Positions 37,597 through 52,188 of a DNA stretch of 64,000 nucleotides are shown in pieces. The notes beneath the pieces were generated by a model. That model did no database searches and was not told where the DNA came from. It saw only the letters and a program-made list of their open reading frames with translations. This stretch comes from Octopus vulgaris. Its lineage: Eukaryota. The stretch's first letter is position 1. Every line of letters begins with the position of its first letter. The position numbers were made by a program, and so were the translations under genes. The stretch is from positions 47,864,001-47,928,000 of the forward strand of contig OX597816.1 in assembly GCA_951406725.2 (NCBI GenBank), written 5' to 3'.

Positions 37597-39187
37597 TCAT
37601 AGATAACCTAGAATACATGCCCAAAGAAGTCACATGACTCTACTGCAACATATAAGACGAAAGGCTGAGCCTATATGATCAGAAGACTATGCATGGATTG
37701 TTACTAGAAAGCTCCATGGTGATAGTAACATCGATCATCAGAGCAGTTTATCATGGACTAATAGCCAGATTACTACCTCCCACTTTGAAGGGTATGCGTT
37801 TGCAATCCTGGAACAGGAAATATCAACCAAGTACCTGATGCACAAAAGGGATAGAGATGCAGGAAAAGCCATAAACTGTGACAACCAATGCAGACTTTGT
37901 GGAGTTCACACTGAAGATATCACCCACATCATAAGCAGTTGTCCAAAAATGTCATCACAATATTATCTACCGATGAGACATGATGTTATAGCTAGGACAC
38001 TATAATGAGATCCATCAGAAGGATAATCCTGAGAACAAAGAAATAAGAACCCACAATATGGTAGAAGCCATAGCCACTCATAATAAAAAGGAATACTGGT
38101 GGAATGACCCAGTGGAAACCTCAATAAAATGTAACCACACCAGACCTGATATAAGGATTTGGGATAGAGAAGAGAAACTGTGTTAACATAAGGCTGAAGA
38201 TCAGTGAAAACCAGAACACCTATGCTGAACTATTGAGAAATCTTCAGTTACTCTATCCATATTACAAGTTCATGTTTATACCTGCAATTATTGAGGCCCT
38301 AGGATATGTAACACACTGCTTAAACACTAATCTTGAGAAATTATGCTTTTCAAAATCAGAAAGAAGAAACCTAATTCAAAGACTACAGATCTAATCCATC
38401 ACTGGAAGTGTAAAAATCTGTAAAACTTTCCAGAAGTTTATCATTTAAAATATATATGAGCATGTCTAGATATGCAACTACATGCATGAGAACACATACA
38501 TAAAACATACAAATCTGCACTTACATATATACATACATACATACATGCATACATACATACATTATTATGGCTGCCCCCTCATTATCGAATACGGCCATTG
38601 CATGAAGCTTAACTGTTACTGGTGCTGTGATCGAATGTGACTTTTTAGCCCAGCTAAAGATCTACAATGTCTTGTACAAAATTGGCAACTAAAACCTTTA
38701 CCGGTAATAGCCGGCTGTAGATGTAACTGGGCTTCATGTACCTTTGCATGTCGTTTAAGTCCTCCTGCCGAATTACACTCTCTTCCACATGCCCAACAGA
38801 TATGATTAGTATGGTGTGTTACACCACCACCAGTGGCCAGGTTGTCACCCATCTGTCTCGCTTTATGACTACAAAGATGACTCTTGAGTCCAGCTTTACT
38901 GAGGCAGGGTCTTGCACAGATATTGCATGTCAGCATCAAAGGAAGACATACATACATACATACATACATACATACATACATACATACATACATACAGACA
39001 TGCATACACATATTCATACATGCATACATACATGCATGCATACATAAATACATACATACATACAAACAAACAAAAATACCCTGTTGTTGATGTTGAAATT
39101 CCAATGATGGAGCCTTGGATCTCAGTTAGAAACCCATTCCTTCTCTATTGGTAAGAAATCTTGAAATAAACTGAATAATAACATACA
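37597..39187 (+). mobile_element. 5'-truncated R4-clade LINE in (CATA)n; ORF remnant ends at 38448, 3' UTR runs to 39187
   Basis: FAILEQEISTKY, CCHC knuckle CRLCG..EDITHIISSC, MRHD and RPDIRIWD. (TACA)n on both flanks. Confidence 0.88.
38562..38946 (-). mobile_element. LINE (probably RTE-group) 3' end encoding three C2H2 zinc fingers
   Basis: CNIC..GLKSHLCSH, CWAC..GLKRHAKVH and CQFC..GLKSHIRSQH, then a stop and a short tail GGCCGTATTCGATAATGAGGGGGCAGCC-ATAATA. 5'-truncated inside (TATG)n. Confidence 0.7.
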
Positions 39188-39846
39188 TGAATATATAAAT
39201 ATATATCTCAATGAATGAAATTAATACTGACTTCGTCAAGTAGGAAACTAAGATGACAAGACAATACAGAGATTAATCATCAGAAGGCACTCCATTTGTC
39301 AACTTTTAACTAAGAATGATAGAAGTTACTCTTACTTTCTCTGCTGAATTACCATTATGAGAGTCTATCACTAACAAATACAGAAGAAACTAGAAAGAAA
39401 ATGATTATATAGAAATTGTCAGAAGATTAAGAAATAAGTTTCATTTTCATTAAAATATATCCAGCATGGCCTATTTATTTTCTCATTATTGTCTTTAATT
39501 TCTTTTAATTACTTCATACTAAGCTGAGAATTAGTGGAGTCATCTGAGCGTGAGGCAAATGTCTCACACTATTAGTTCTGGCTCACTACACTCAAAGTTC
39601 AGATGTCACTGAGATCAACTTCGCTTTCATTCTTTCATAGTCAATGTTATGTGCCAGTCGAGTGTGGTGGAGTGGCAGAAATGTTAGAGTGTTGAACAAG
39701 GGATGGCTGTAGGGTTATGAAGCTCACTTTGCAACCATGTGGTTTTCGTCCAGTCCCACAGTGTGGAACTTCAAACAAGTGTCTTTTACTATAACTATAG
39801 GGTAACTAATGCCGCGAGAGACTTTGGTAGACAGAAACTGTGTGAA

Positions 39847-40263
39847 AGGTGGCGAGCTGGCAGAAACGTTAGCACGCAGGGCGAAATGCTTAGTGGTATT
39901 TCGTCTACTGCTATGTTCTGAGTTCAAATTCTGCTGGGGTCGACTTTGCCTTTCATCCTTTTGGGGTCGATTAAATAAGTACCAGTTACGCACTGGGGTC
40001 GATATAATCGACTTAATCCATTTGTCTGTCCTTGTTTGTCCTCTCTGTGTTTAGCCCCTTGTGGGTAGTAAAGAAATAGGTATTTCGTCTGCCGCTACGT
40101 TCTGAGTTCAAATTCTACTGTGGTCGACTTATCCTTTCATCCTTTCGGAGGTCGATTAAATATGTACCAGTTACGCACTGGGGTTGATGTAATTGACTTA
40201 ATCCCTTTGTCTGTCCTTGTTTGTTCCCTCTACGTTTAGCCCCTTGTGGGCAGTAAAGAATTA
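39847..40263 (+). mobile_element. Family B SINE dimer inserted into a family A SINE
   Basis: Two units joined at AAAGAAATAGGTATTTCGTC and flanked by the duplicated AGAAACTGTG. Confidence 0.85.
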
Positions 40264-40534
40264 AGAAACTGTGCGAAAGTCCATTGTCTGTATGAATTTA
40301 TCATCATCATTTATCATCTGTTTGACAGTTTGACAGAAGCTGATCAGCCAGAGAGCTCAACAAATGGAGAACTGCCAAGGCCCCGTTTGTCTGTTTTGGC
40401 ATGGTTCTTGACTGGATGCCCTTCCTAATGCCAAACAATTTACAGAGTGTGGTAGGTTCTTTTATGTGGCACCAGCATGAGTGCTTTTGATATGGTGCAT
40501 TACATATTGTCTGCATGCATATATATGTGTGTGC

Positions 40535-40580
<46 letters not shown>

Positions 40581-40854
40581 CTCTTTTACTCTTTTCTTGT
40601 TTCAATCATTTGACTGTGGCCATACTGGAGCTCCACCTTTAGTCAAGCAAATTGACCTCAGGACTTATTCTTTGTAAGCCTAGTACTTATTCTATCGGTC
40701 TCTTTTTTTTTTGCTGAACTGCTCAGTTACAGGGACATAAACACACCAGCATTGGTTGTCAAGCGATGTTGGGGAATAAGAGAATAAGAGAATATAATGG
40801 TTAATAAAAAATACGAAAAGAATTCTTCAACTTCTTGCTTTGTTATATATACAT

Positions 40855-40904
<50 letters not shown>

Positions 40905-40907
<3 letters not shown>

Positions 40908-41098
40908 GGTCCCGGGTTGATTCGGGGTTAACCACAGTAAGTAAGGTACTCAATACATAGCAGAGTAAAATTAATTTATTATATAGAAGGAGCTTTACAG
41001 GACTAGTACTGTTTCATTCAAGAGAAATCTTCAGGAAGCGCTTCCTGAAGATTTCTCTTGAATGAAACAGTACTAGTCCTGTAGAACTCCTTCTATAT
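40905..41098 (-). mobile_element. Fold-back HHR-like mini-element in (TA)n
   Basis: Palindrome 40979-41098 centred on GAAGCGCTTC. Each arm reads CTGAAGA-T-TTC(TCTT)GAA-T-GAAA-CAG-TA. The 5' strand of stem I is removed by the inversion. Confidence 0.7.
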
Positions 41099-41556
41099 AT
41101 ATATATATATATATATAGTTTACCGTTACATTATTAGTAGGAGCAACATAAAAGTACTCCTTCCAATGAGAGATAAATATAATTTAATATAGACCGTATC
41201 TAAATATGAGCAGCTAATAGTTTCATGCTGTGGGAACAAAATATTTCAGGATATTTATCTATCATGCATGGTGTCTCCAACCAATCCTTTAAGCTAAAAT
41301 GCACATAGCTGGTCTTATTCCCAATAAAACCAGCTATGTTGTGTACTCACTCCTGAAGGTTCACTTTGAGGCACAAGGTATAACTTATAGATCAGCTGAA
41401 TTATTGTGTTTTTCTGCATGAAACCATTAGTAGCTCATATTTAAATACTGTCTCTATATGAGTAAATTCATTTGCATAATATCTATTTTTTATACTTGCA
41501 TGTGTTGGACAAATATGATATTTGATAAGATATTTTATGTGTATGTATGTGTGGTA

Positions 41557-41602
<46 letters not shown>

Positions 41603-41632
41603 CATACATACATGCATACATACATACATACG

Positions 41633-41721
<89 letters not shown>

Positions 41722-41732
41722 TCTCTCAGAAG

Positions 41733-43796
41733 TATGTACACCCCTAAAAATTCCAGAAAAATTACAATTACTCTGATAATATCAAAGGAAATCAAACGAA
41801 AATTATACTGAATAAAATATAAATGCAAACATTATACAAATTTGGAACACAAAGCAATAAATATTTTCAAAGATATGAACAAAACATTAATTTTCAAATG
41901 ATACAAAAATATGTACACCCTAAAGGATTATTTACTATATTCAATATTTGGTGTGACCACCCTTGCTTTCAATAACTGCATTAAGTCTTTTGGGCATAAA
42001 GTCGATGAAATTTCCAAATATAACTGATGAAACTAACCTCGATTGACCCTGAATTATTTCTTTCAACTGTGTTACATTGCAGGGCTTTTCTCTTCAACCT
42101 TCCTTTTCAAAACACGCCACAGATGTTCTATTGGGTTTAAATTGGGTGGCATGGTAGGCTAAGGCAGTATCTTTAACTTTTTATCTGATAAGAACTTAGT
42201 CATCATCTTTGAAGTGTGTTTGGGGTCATTATCATGTTGGAACATGGAATGTCTTCCTAGTTCCTGGATGGTTTTCAACATTGTTTTCTGCAATATGTTG
42301 CAATAAATCCTTGAATCCATTGTTCTCTTGGTAAATGTGAGTCCTCTCTCACAATCTGCACTCATGCATCCCCAAAACATAACACTTCCGATGCCGTGTT
42401 TCACAGAAGGCACAGTGTATTTGTTGTTATTATCTTCACCTGGTTATCACCTTACTCTGGTTTGAGAATAATTTGTTTCCATCATTCTTAGAGCCCATAG
42501 AAAAACTTCATTCCAAGAAATGCACACACACACACACAATATATACATATATATATATATATAGTTAATCCAAACAAGAAAGCACAAAAAAACACAACAA
42601 CGCGAGGACGTGGAACAAATATAGTATTATTGGACACTCAGGAAAGAAGGAAAGAAGGAGGGTTTAACATTTCGAGTGGAGCTCTTCGTCGGAAACATAG
42701 GAGAAGGAAAGATCCAGAGAAGGGAAGACAGAGGAAAAAAAATCGCCAATGGTACACACGCGGTCACTGTGTATACATATGTGTCTGTAACTACATGTGG
42801 ATTGTTGGTGCTTTTATTTTCCATCCTCCTTTTCTTTTGGATTGCTCTCTGCCTCCTGTTTTTGAAGAAGAGCTTTGCTTGAAACCTAAAACACCCTTTT
42901 TTTCCTTCCCTGAGCGTTTTATTAATACTTTGCATGTTCCACGTCCATTAGACCCAAACAAGTTGATTTTAGTCTTGTCAGGAAAAAGAATTTTATTCTA
43001 AAACTCCTTCCTCTTATTCACTTAAGTTTCAGCAAAAAAAAAAAAAAAAGATGATTTGATTTATGCCTGGTAGTGAGGAGAAGATTCCTACAAGGAATGC
43101 ATCCATGAAGACCACACTAGTCTAAACTTCAGGGAACTGTTTGGGTGGATACACTCTTTCCACTAACAGAAGACACTTCTTGAGCCAAAGATGAAGTGGT
43201 GTGATGCTTGTCGTTCATCACACAATGTGGCACAAATATCATGTGCAGTTAAAATAGAAGGACGACTAGAATGATGTTTATTGCTTAGCCATCCAGTAAC
43301 TTTGTACTTCTGAATTACTTTGGCAACTGTGTTTACACCAATATGTATTTGTTTGCTAATTGACTTGAATCCTAAACCATTCTTGTGCAAATTAAAAATA
43401 ATTTTCTTCAAACCTTCAGACAATTATTTTCCTTTTGGTGCCATTTTAATTACAATGAAGAAGAATTTCACCATGATACACAAAATACAACGGCTGGTAC
43501 AAAAATGCCAGGAGAAATAATTTATTAGAATTGAAATTATCAGAAATATCTGAATTTAGTAAAATTAGTGGATAAAATATTGAATATAGCAAATTTCCTT
43601 CAGGATGTACATATTTTTGTATCATTTGAAAGTTAATATTTTGTTCATATCTTTGAAAATATTTATTGTTTTGTATTCCAAATTTGTATAATGTTTGCAT
43701 GTATAATATATTTTATTCAGTATAAATTTCGTTTGATTTCCTTCAATATTATTAGAGAAATGGCAATTCTACTGAAATTTTTTAGGAGTGTACACA
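41733..43796 (-). mobile_element. Decayed Tc1-like transposon with ~200 bp IR/DR-type TIRs; transposase pseudogene 43444-41941
   Basis: Motifs VKHGIGSVMFWGCM, FQHDNDPKHTSK, PNLNPIEHLW and KGGHTKY*. The TIRs carry repeated TGTACACCC sites (41735 and 41912). Confidence 0.92.
42563..42946. mobile_element. Penelope-like inverted pLTR pair with two opposed HHR motifs, inserted in the Tc1
   Basis: Minus-strand HHR at 42662-42696. Plus-strand HHR TGTTT-TTGAAGA-AGAGCTTTGCTT-GAAA-CC-TA-AAACA at 42857-42893. Diverged inverted arms GGACGTGGAACA and TGTTCCACGTCC. Confidence 0.7.
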
Positions 43797-43797
43797 T

Positions 43798-43835
<38 letters not shown>

Positions 43836-44308
43836 GCGCGCGCGCACGCACACACACATAGATATAGATATAGGTGGAGGTGTGTGGCCTAGTAGTTAGT
43901 CTGTTGCACTCATGATCACTAGATCATGGGTTTGATTCCCAGACCAGGCAGCACGTTGTATTCTTGAGTAAAAGCAATTCATTTCACATTGCTCGTCCTT
44001 GCTCTCAATCAAGGAGTAGGAGAGTGTTGGCAAGCTTGTCAAACCAGCGGGGTGGTATGCTTTGAAGGCTAAAACAAGGCATAGTGCACTGTGACCAGCA
44101 ATGTGCAATAGCATTTGATAATCTGGTTGGTCACATGATCATGTGATATAGGTATAGATATAAACATAGATATAGATACACACAACAGTTTTCTCCCAGT
44201 TTCTTTCAACCAAATCTACTTTCAAGGTTTTGCTTCCAGACACAGAATTCAGCAGCTCTACAGGATTGATTGTCTGAGTGTGGAATAACACTCTTCTTCA
44301 CTGTCGTG

Positions 44309-44754
44309 CCTTGACAGTGGGTTTAAACAAGCTTGCTAGATTGTGCTACAGTGTGAGATTCAGACATGAGGCCTTATGACTACCTTTTTTCTTAAGACAT
44401 CAGACTGTAAAGATGTGATGTAGTTGGCTCTCTGACACCTCACGCCAGCTAGCAGACAGGTACATGGTATAAAGAATATATATGAACAAGGCTGTAACTT
44501 TAAATGTCTTTAATGCCGGCCACATATATATTTACAAGCTGAATTACAAATGGAAATGATTGATGCGTGGAAGCCATGATCTTCTCCTGTGCGTTGCCTC
44601 CTGTGTGTTAGCTGGCGTGTGGTGTCAGAGAGCTGACTAGATTATGTCTTTATGGTCTGACATCTTGGTGAGAAAAAAGGAAGTCATAAAGACTCGTGTC
44701 AGAATCTCACACTCTAGTGCAATCTAGCGAGCTTGTTTAAACCTGCTGTCAAGG
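44309..44754. mobile_element. MITE-like element with ~150 bp diverged inverted arms
   Basis: CCTTGACAG..GGTTTAAACAAGCT..GACACCTCACGCCAGCTA matches its reverse complement at 44600-44754. Confidence 0.75.
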
Positions 44755-45019
44755 GAAGTAACTGCACCTACAATTTCTTGTACCAGTGACATCAAAGTAG
44801 TCAACACTTTATGTCTGTAGCCCTACAGAGGTTATTTAAAGAGTACCCTCTCATCTGTATTAGTTCTTATTCATAATAACTGCCTTCCCTCTGTAGCATG
44901 TTGCTTGTAAACCTGGTTTATGGAAGCCACATTGCTTTTATTCTTTACATTTTTGGCATGGTATTTTATGCCGGGATTTCTTCCTCATTTTATTTCTTTA
45001 TTGCCTACAGGGGGCTAAA

Positions 45020-45315
45020 GTGGAGGCACATGGCCTAGTGGTTAGAGCAGAGGACTCGTGGTCGAGGGATCGCAGGTTCGAATCTCAGACCAGGCGATGT
45101 GTGTGTTTGTGAGCAAAACACTTAAGCTCCACGTGGCTCCAGCAGAAGGTAATGGCGAACTTCTGCTGACCCTTTCGCCACAACTTTCTCTCACTCTTTC
45201 CTCCTGCATCTTGCAGCTCACCTGCAATGGATTGGCGTCCCATCCAGGTGGGGAACCTATACGCCAAGGAAACTGGGAAACCGGCCCTTATGAGCCAGGC
45301 ATGGCTCGAGAAGGT
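45020..45315 (+). mobile_element. tRNA-derived SINE nested in a family B SINE
   Basis: A-box TGGCCTAGTGG and B-box GGTTCGAATCTC. The host SINE resumes at CTAAACATAGAGGGG. Confidence 0.8.
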
Positions 45316-46628
45316 ACAAACAGGCGACTAAACATAGAGGGGACAAACAAAAAGTTTATGTTAATTACACCGACCCTAGTGCATAACTAGTACTTATTTA
45401 TTTGACCCCGAAAGGATGAAAGGTAAAGTCGACCTTGGTGGAGTCTGATCTCAGAACATAACAGCAGACGAAACACCACTAAGCATTTCGCCCAGTTTGC
45501 TAACGATTCTGCCAGCTCACCGCCCTATGGATGAGGATTTCTTCCTCATTGTCAACCACATTACTGTGTGAACTGAGCTTAATTTTACCTTACCACCAGC
45601 ACAAGAGGATATTCTTTGCAACAGAAGTAAAAGAACCGTGTCTACCTTGGTATGTACACACTTGTCTTCAAACTGCATAGCTACCATAGTTTTTGCAGGC
45701 AGAGATACAGGAGATTGGTAACCATAGATTACTGCTGTGGGTATGTGTATTATTTCATGTGATTAACACAGAATGCTTTCAAAAGAATAACACATTCACA
45801 GTTATCACAATTCCAGCTCTTCAAATTATCAGTTAGGTCCAGAATGGTGTTTTAACATAAGACACAATACAGCTTGGCTTCTTCAATCTACTCTGTCTCA
45901 AATATGTATCCTTTCTTAATGGAATGCTTCTGATTATTCTGATTTCTGATTTAATCTATCTCTTTCTTATCAGTCACACTTATTCTATCTCTATGGATTT
46001 TGTGGTGTTTTTAACATTGTATTTTATATATTTCTTATATCTTCTTTTAGGCTTATTTTGTGGCCATTTTTCAAATTTTCATGTTGCAGTAGAAAAGCTA
46101 TTTTGGGAGTTGGTCATTGTTCATCTATACAACAAGCTCTGAACTGTGCATTTAACTGGCAACGATCTATGATTCAGTGATGAGGCAATCAGTTCTTTGG
46201 ACTACATCGATATAACTGGTGTTAATGTCTGCCATTTTATATTATTTTTATTCCTCAAACATTTATGGTGAAATTTCTCCAGCAACTTGAGGTGTTAACT
46301 GTATATTGTTCATGTCCCAGAACAATATTTCTACAGAATGTGTATAAACACATATACAGAAAGTGATACTGGTCATTCTGCACACTCATGGATTTTGGTG
46401 TGGAAGAGAAATTTAAATTTACTCTCAAAATAATAATTCCTTTTTGAGAAAGTAGATCTCAGAGCACATAAAGAATCATATCACAGCCTCTCTTAAGTTT
46501 ATAAAACCTTATGACATCAGCAACATACAATACTCACAAATAAGAATGAAGTTTCTAATATGGATGAAGAAATTCAAAGGTCCACTGGTAGAATACTTAT
46601 CTTGTTTAGAGGAGATATAGCCTAGAGC

Positions 46629-47345
46629 AGAGGTGTTGCCAAATTCTAAAGTTAAGGGGAGTGAGTACATAAATATAAAGCCACCATGACACATACCAAA
46701 CAATTTTTAATTCATTTCTCTTATATTAAATGAAATATTTCATTTGTTATGATATACACAATTGTATTTTACATTCATTAATTTCATAATTCATTGACAA
46801 TGCCATTATGTATGAAACTTACAACTACTGATATAGGTGTGATGTGAAAAAGATGAAACTCCATGGGATTGTCTAGAGCTGAGAGGTTATGATGCTAAGG
46901 TTTGTTTTACTTCTTCAGATGTCAGCAGCCATCAACACATCATAGAAGATTGAGCATACAGTTCAAAAACATGAGAGGTTAGTCAAATAAAGTATTGACT
47001 CCAAGGCCATCCTCATCATTTAACATCCACTTTCCATGCTAGCATGGGTTGGACGATTTTGACTAAGGGCTGGCGAACCAGATGACTGCACCAGGTTCCA
47101 ATCTGATCTGGAAGAGTTTCTACAGCTGGATGCCCTTCCTAATGCCAAATACTCCAAGAGTGTAGTGGGTGCTAAAGCGTGCCATCGGCATGAGGGCCAG
47201 TCAGGCAGTACTGGTAGTAATTAACAAATAAAAAGAGATTCGACTTTTATTGCACAAAAAAATTGCTGTAAAGGGAACAATTTTGAAAAAAGATGCTCTT
47301 GGGAAGTAGACACTCCCTTTGCTCCTCTATTAGCTATTCCACTAG
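46629..47345 (+). mobile_element. Old non-autonomous DNA element (hAT-like termini), paralogous to 62859-63843
   Basis: Colinear similarity to 62859-63843. Termini CAGWRGTGT.. and ..CCACTA. Confidence 0.55.
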
Positions 47346-48513
47346 CTTAGGGTCCAATGGGCAGCCTTCACATTTTTCTATCCAAAGGGTGTTTTTAAAC
47401 ACAATATGTGCAGTGAAGACAAATGGCTTAGTGGTTAGGGCATTCAGTTCTTGATTGTCAGGCCCTGAGTTTGATTCCCTGTGGTGTGTTGTGTCCTTGA
47501 GCAAGACACTTTATTTCACATTGCTCCAGTTCACTCAGCTGACAAATATGAGTTGTATATATTATTCAAATGGCTAACATTGTCACATTCTGTGCCATAC
47601 ATAAGTTCCCTGAGAACTTCATTAAGGATACACATGTCTGTGGTGTGTCCTGCCACTTGCATGTTAATTTCACTAGCAGGTTGTTATGCTGATTGGATCA
47701 ACTGGAACCAACAAAGTGCCAGTTTTTATATGCCCTTCATTATTTATAGCTTTATGTACTTCAAATCCATTGTTCCATAAAAGAATTAATTCATGTTCCC
47801 TTGAAAGTTCATAGATTCTTATGATGTCAATAACATACAATTCTTGCTGGCAAGAATAAAGTTTCTAAAATGGATAAAGAAATCTGAAGGATTGCTTGTG
47901 TCCAATGGTAGGACATCTATCATGTCTACAGGAGATGCAGTTTTAAGTCCCACAGGCAGCCTTTGCCTTTTTCTGTCCAAAAGGGAGCTTCAGCCCACTA
48001 TTTACATGCTATTATTTATGGCTTTATCTGCTTCAAGAACCCACTATTCCAAAAAAAGAAAAAACTTAAATAAAGAAAAAAATATCACTGAATGATCTCT
48101 CAATAGTTTATAAATTCATATGATGTCTAAAATACTTCTACATCTGTACCAAAAGAGGTGATATGAGCACTTGCAATGTAAAGATAAATGTAATACCTAA
48201 CACTACAACCCCATCAAGTGTAAGAACCCCAGAATCAGTGGGTATGGTATCAATGACATCATAGTGAGAAAGAAAATTTGGTAAGTGTTTAATCTTTATA
48301 CATGTTGACATGTTTTAATGAAAAGGTTATGGTACTTAGAGACACTTGTATATAAAACATGAATTTTATTATACTTAAAGCTACAAGAAAATAATACACA
48401 CTCTATAGATACTCATTACATGCATACATACATAGACATATACATATATATTGGCATGGATGCATACTCACATATAATTATTAACATAGATATAATACAT
48501 TTAAATCCTTATG

Positions 48514-48602
<89 letters not shown>

Positions 48603-48611
<9 letters not shown>

Positions 48612-48830
48612 GAAAAAAAGATGTTCAGAATGCTGGATGGTTGTAAAAATATATATTTATTTACATATCATATTATTATATATCATTTACATATCATTAT
48701 ATATATCATTTACATATCATTATATATGATATGTAAATAAATATATATTTTTACAACCATCCAGCATTCTGAACATCTTTTTCTTTCATATATATTAAAT
48801 CTGTACATCACTCCCAATACTTCTAACATA
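48603..48830. repeat. ~70 bp near-perfect inverted repeat cassette in (TA)n
   Basis: Arms at 48603-48671 and 48726-48796. Confidence 0.85.
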
Positions 48831-48926
48831 TATATATATTTTCTCTTTTTCTCTTTATCTTATATTAAACTTTTTAACACTTTTTGATAGTTATATTTAT
48901 AAAAAAAAAATTAAAATAATAATAAT

Positions 48927-48982
<56 letters not shown>

Positions 48983-49126
48983 ATAAATTTATAAGTATAA
49001 ATTAATAATTTAAATTTTGAATTTTATATTTTATATATTTTGTATATTATATTAATTAATTTTATTTCTATGTATTGGTTTATGTTTTTTACTGTTTGAT
49101 TTGCCTAATAGTGGTTTTATCTCTAA

Positions 49127-49161
<35 letters not shown>

Positions 49162-49870
49162 TAAAATTTGCTTTAAATCTCTCAGTGAGAGATATACAAT
49201 AACAGTACCAAATAGTAAAGTTTATTTGCCAACAGAATGTGGCAGTCCTGTAAGGATGTTGTTATTGTTGTTTATGCCCAAGGAAAACATCTTTTCCAGC
49301 TGGTGCGTCTTTCTTTTACTCCCAACTATTTTTCTTTCCTTCTCCCTTCTCCTCACTCCCTTTATTTCTTTCCCCTCATCGAGAGGAGTACCCCTTCTTC
49401 TCTGCCTGTTGATCACATGTGACTTTAGGCCTTTTTTCTCAACTCTTTCTTTTTTGGATGTGGTATCCAACTAGTTGGACGTCATTTCTCTCTCCTCTTG
49501 CCTCCTGACACTTTTTTCTCTTCTATTTATTGTATATCCTTTCAAAATTTCTCCCAGGTGTTACCTGTTACAGATCGTTTGGCCTAATGGCCCTTAATGC
49601 TTGTCTTTGTTGATTGTTTACTTTGTATTACTCTATTGCTGTTTGTTTAAAGCCCTAACTCTCCACAAATTTTATATTCTTAAAATTTCTGGATGCTGCT
49701 GTCTTATGAAGTATTCCTATCTTGTCATTAAAAGTACCAAACTGGTAGTAATAAGCAGTCAACAACTATGAGTGAGTTACCTTCTTTTGGTATTTTGTTC
49801 TGTACTTTTCTCTCATGTGTTTACGTACTTTTCACTCATTAGTAATGTCCTGTACTTAATGTGCATATAG

Positions 49871-50953
<1,083 letters not shown>

Positions 50954-51461
50954 TATATATATTTGTATAAAGACTGATATATATATATATATATACATAC
51001 ACATACATATTTATATCTATCATCATCATCATCATCATCATCATTTAACGTCCGCTTTCCATGCTAGCATGGGTTGGACGGTTCAACTGGGGTCTGGGAA
51101 GCCAGAAGGCTGCACCAGGCCCAGTCTGATCTGGCAGTGTTTCTTCAGCTGGATGCCCTTCCTAACGCCAACCACTCCGTGAGTGTAGTGGTTGCTTTTT
51201 ACGTGCCACCGGCACGGAGGCCCATCAGAGCAGTGCTGACTACGACCACATTCGGATGGTTCTCTTACATGCCACCAGCACTGGTATCACAGCTGCAAAT
51301 TCCATTGATGTTGATTGATTACGATTTTGATTTTGTTTTTGATTTTCACTTGCCTCAACAGGTCTTCACAAATGGAGTTTTGTGTCCCAAGAAGGAAAGG
51401 AATGCATAAGTGGGCTGGCTACATCCCAGGTAGAGGCCATGGGATTATGGCTTCACTTGTC

Positions 51462-51510
<49 letters not shown>

Positions 51511-51511
<1 letters not shown>

Positions 51512-51790
51512 TCAACAACAATTGAGGAATGGCCTTAATAGGCCATTCGACCCACTAGAAAGAGCAGCCAGGACTCAAACTGCCAAGTAGTAGTAAATTC
51601 AGGAATTTACTACTACTTGGCGGTTTGAGTCCTGGCTGCTCTTTCTAGTGGGTCGAATGGCCTATTAAGGCCATTCCTCAATTGTTGTTGAATTTATATA
51701 TATAGTCTTTGACTATTTTCTCTTTCTCACTAGACCGCTGGTGGCGATAAATTTCTATTGAATTTTTTGCTACCTTATATTGATTAATAT
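51511..51790 (+). mobile_element. Fold-back cassette in (TA)n with 89 bp arms
   Basis: Arms 51512-51600 and 51603-51691, one mismatch, 2 nt loop. Confidence 0.85.
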
Positions 51791-52154
51791 ATATATATAT
51801 ATATATATATTTATTACTTGAATCTCTTATTAAGGTTTTCTAACAAGCTACTTTGCTTATATATATATATATAACAATTACAATAGAATAGTTGGGTAAA
51901 GCATTATATGATATACATTAGATAAACTTATTAAATAAGGCCAGAAAAATGCAAGCTAAAATACAAAGTACACTGCAAAAATGAAAGCAGAACAACAGTT
52001 GGAGTTTTATCTTCATGTTCTGAACAAGGGGTCCCTGAAATATCGATATATAAGGTAAAACGGCAACTGTTGCTTTATTTTCTTTTTTGTAGTGTACTTT
52101 GCATTTCATCTTGCATTGTGTTGGCCTTATTTAACAAGTTTATCAAATTTATAT

Positions 52155-52188
<34 letters not shown>

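Noticed and set aside
45022-45095. tRNA-like sequence with good A and B boxes
   Set aside because: It continues into a SINE body and lacks an acceptor stem, so it is a SINE head and not a tRNA gene.
48160-48286. Possible exon ending at a TTG|GTAAGT donor
   Set aside because: No convincing acceptor or recognisable peptide. It would need RNA-seq support.
49700-49752. CTTATGA..TACC-AAA-CTGG-TA as a decayed HHR
   Set aside because: It needs several corrections in core and stems, which is too degenerate to call.
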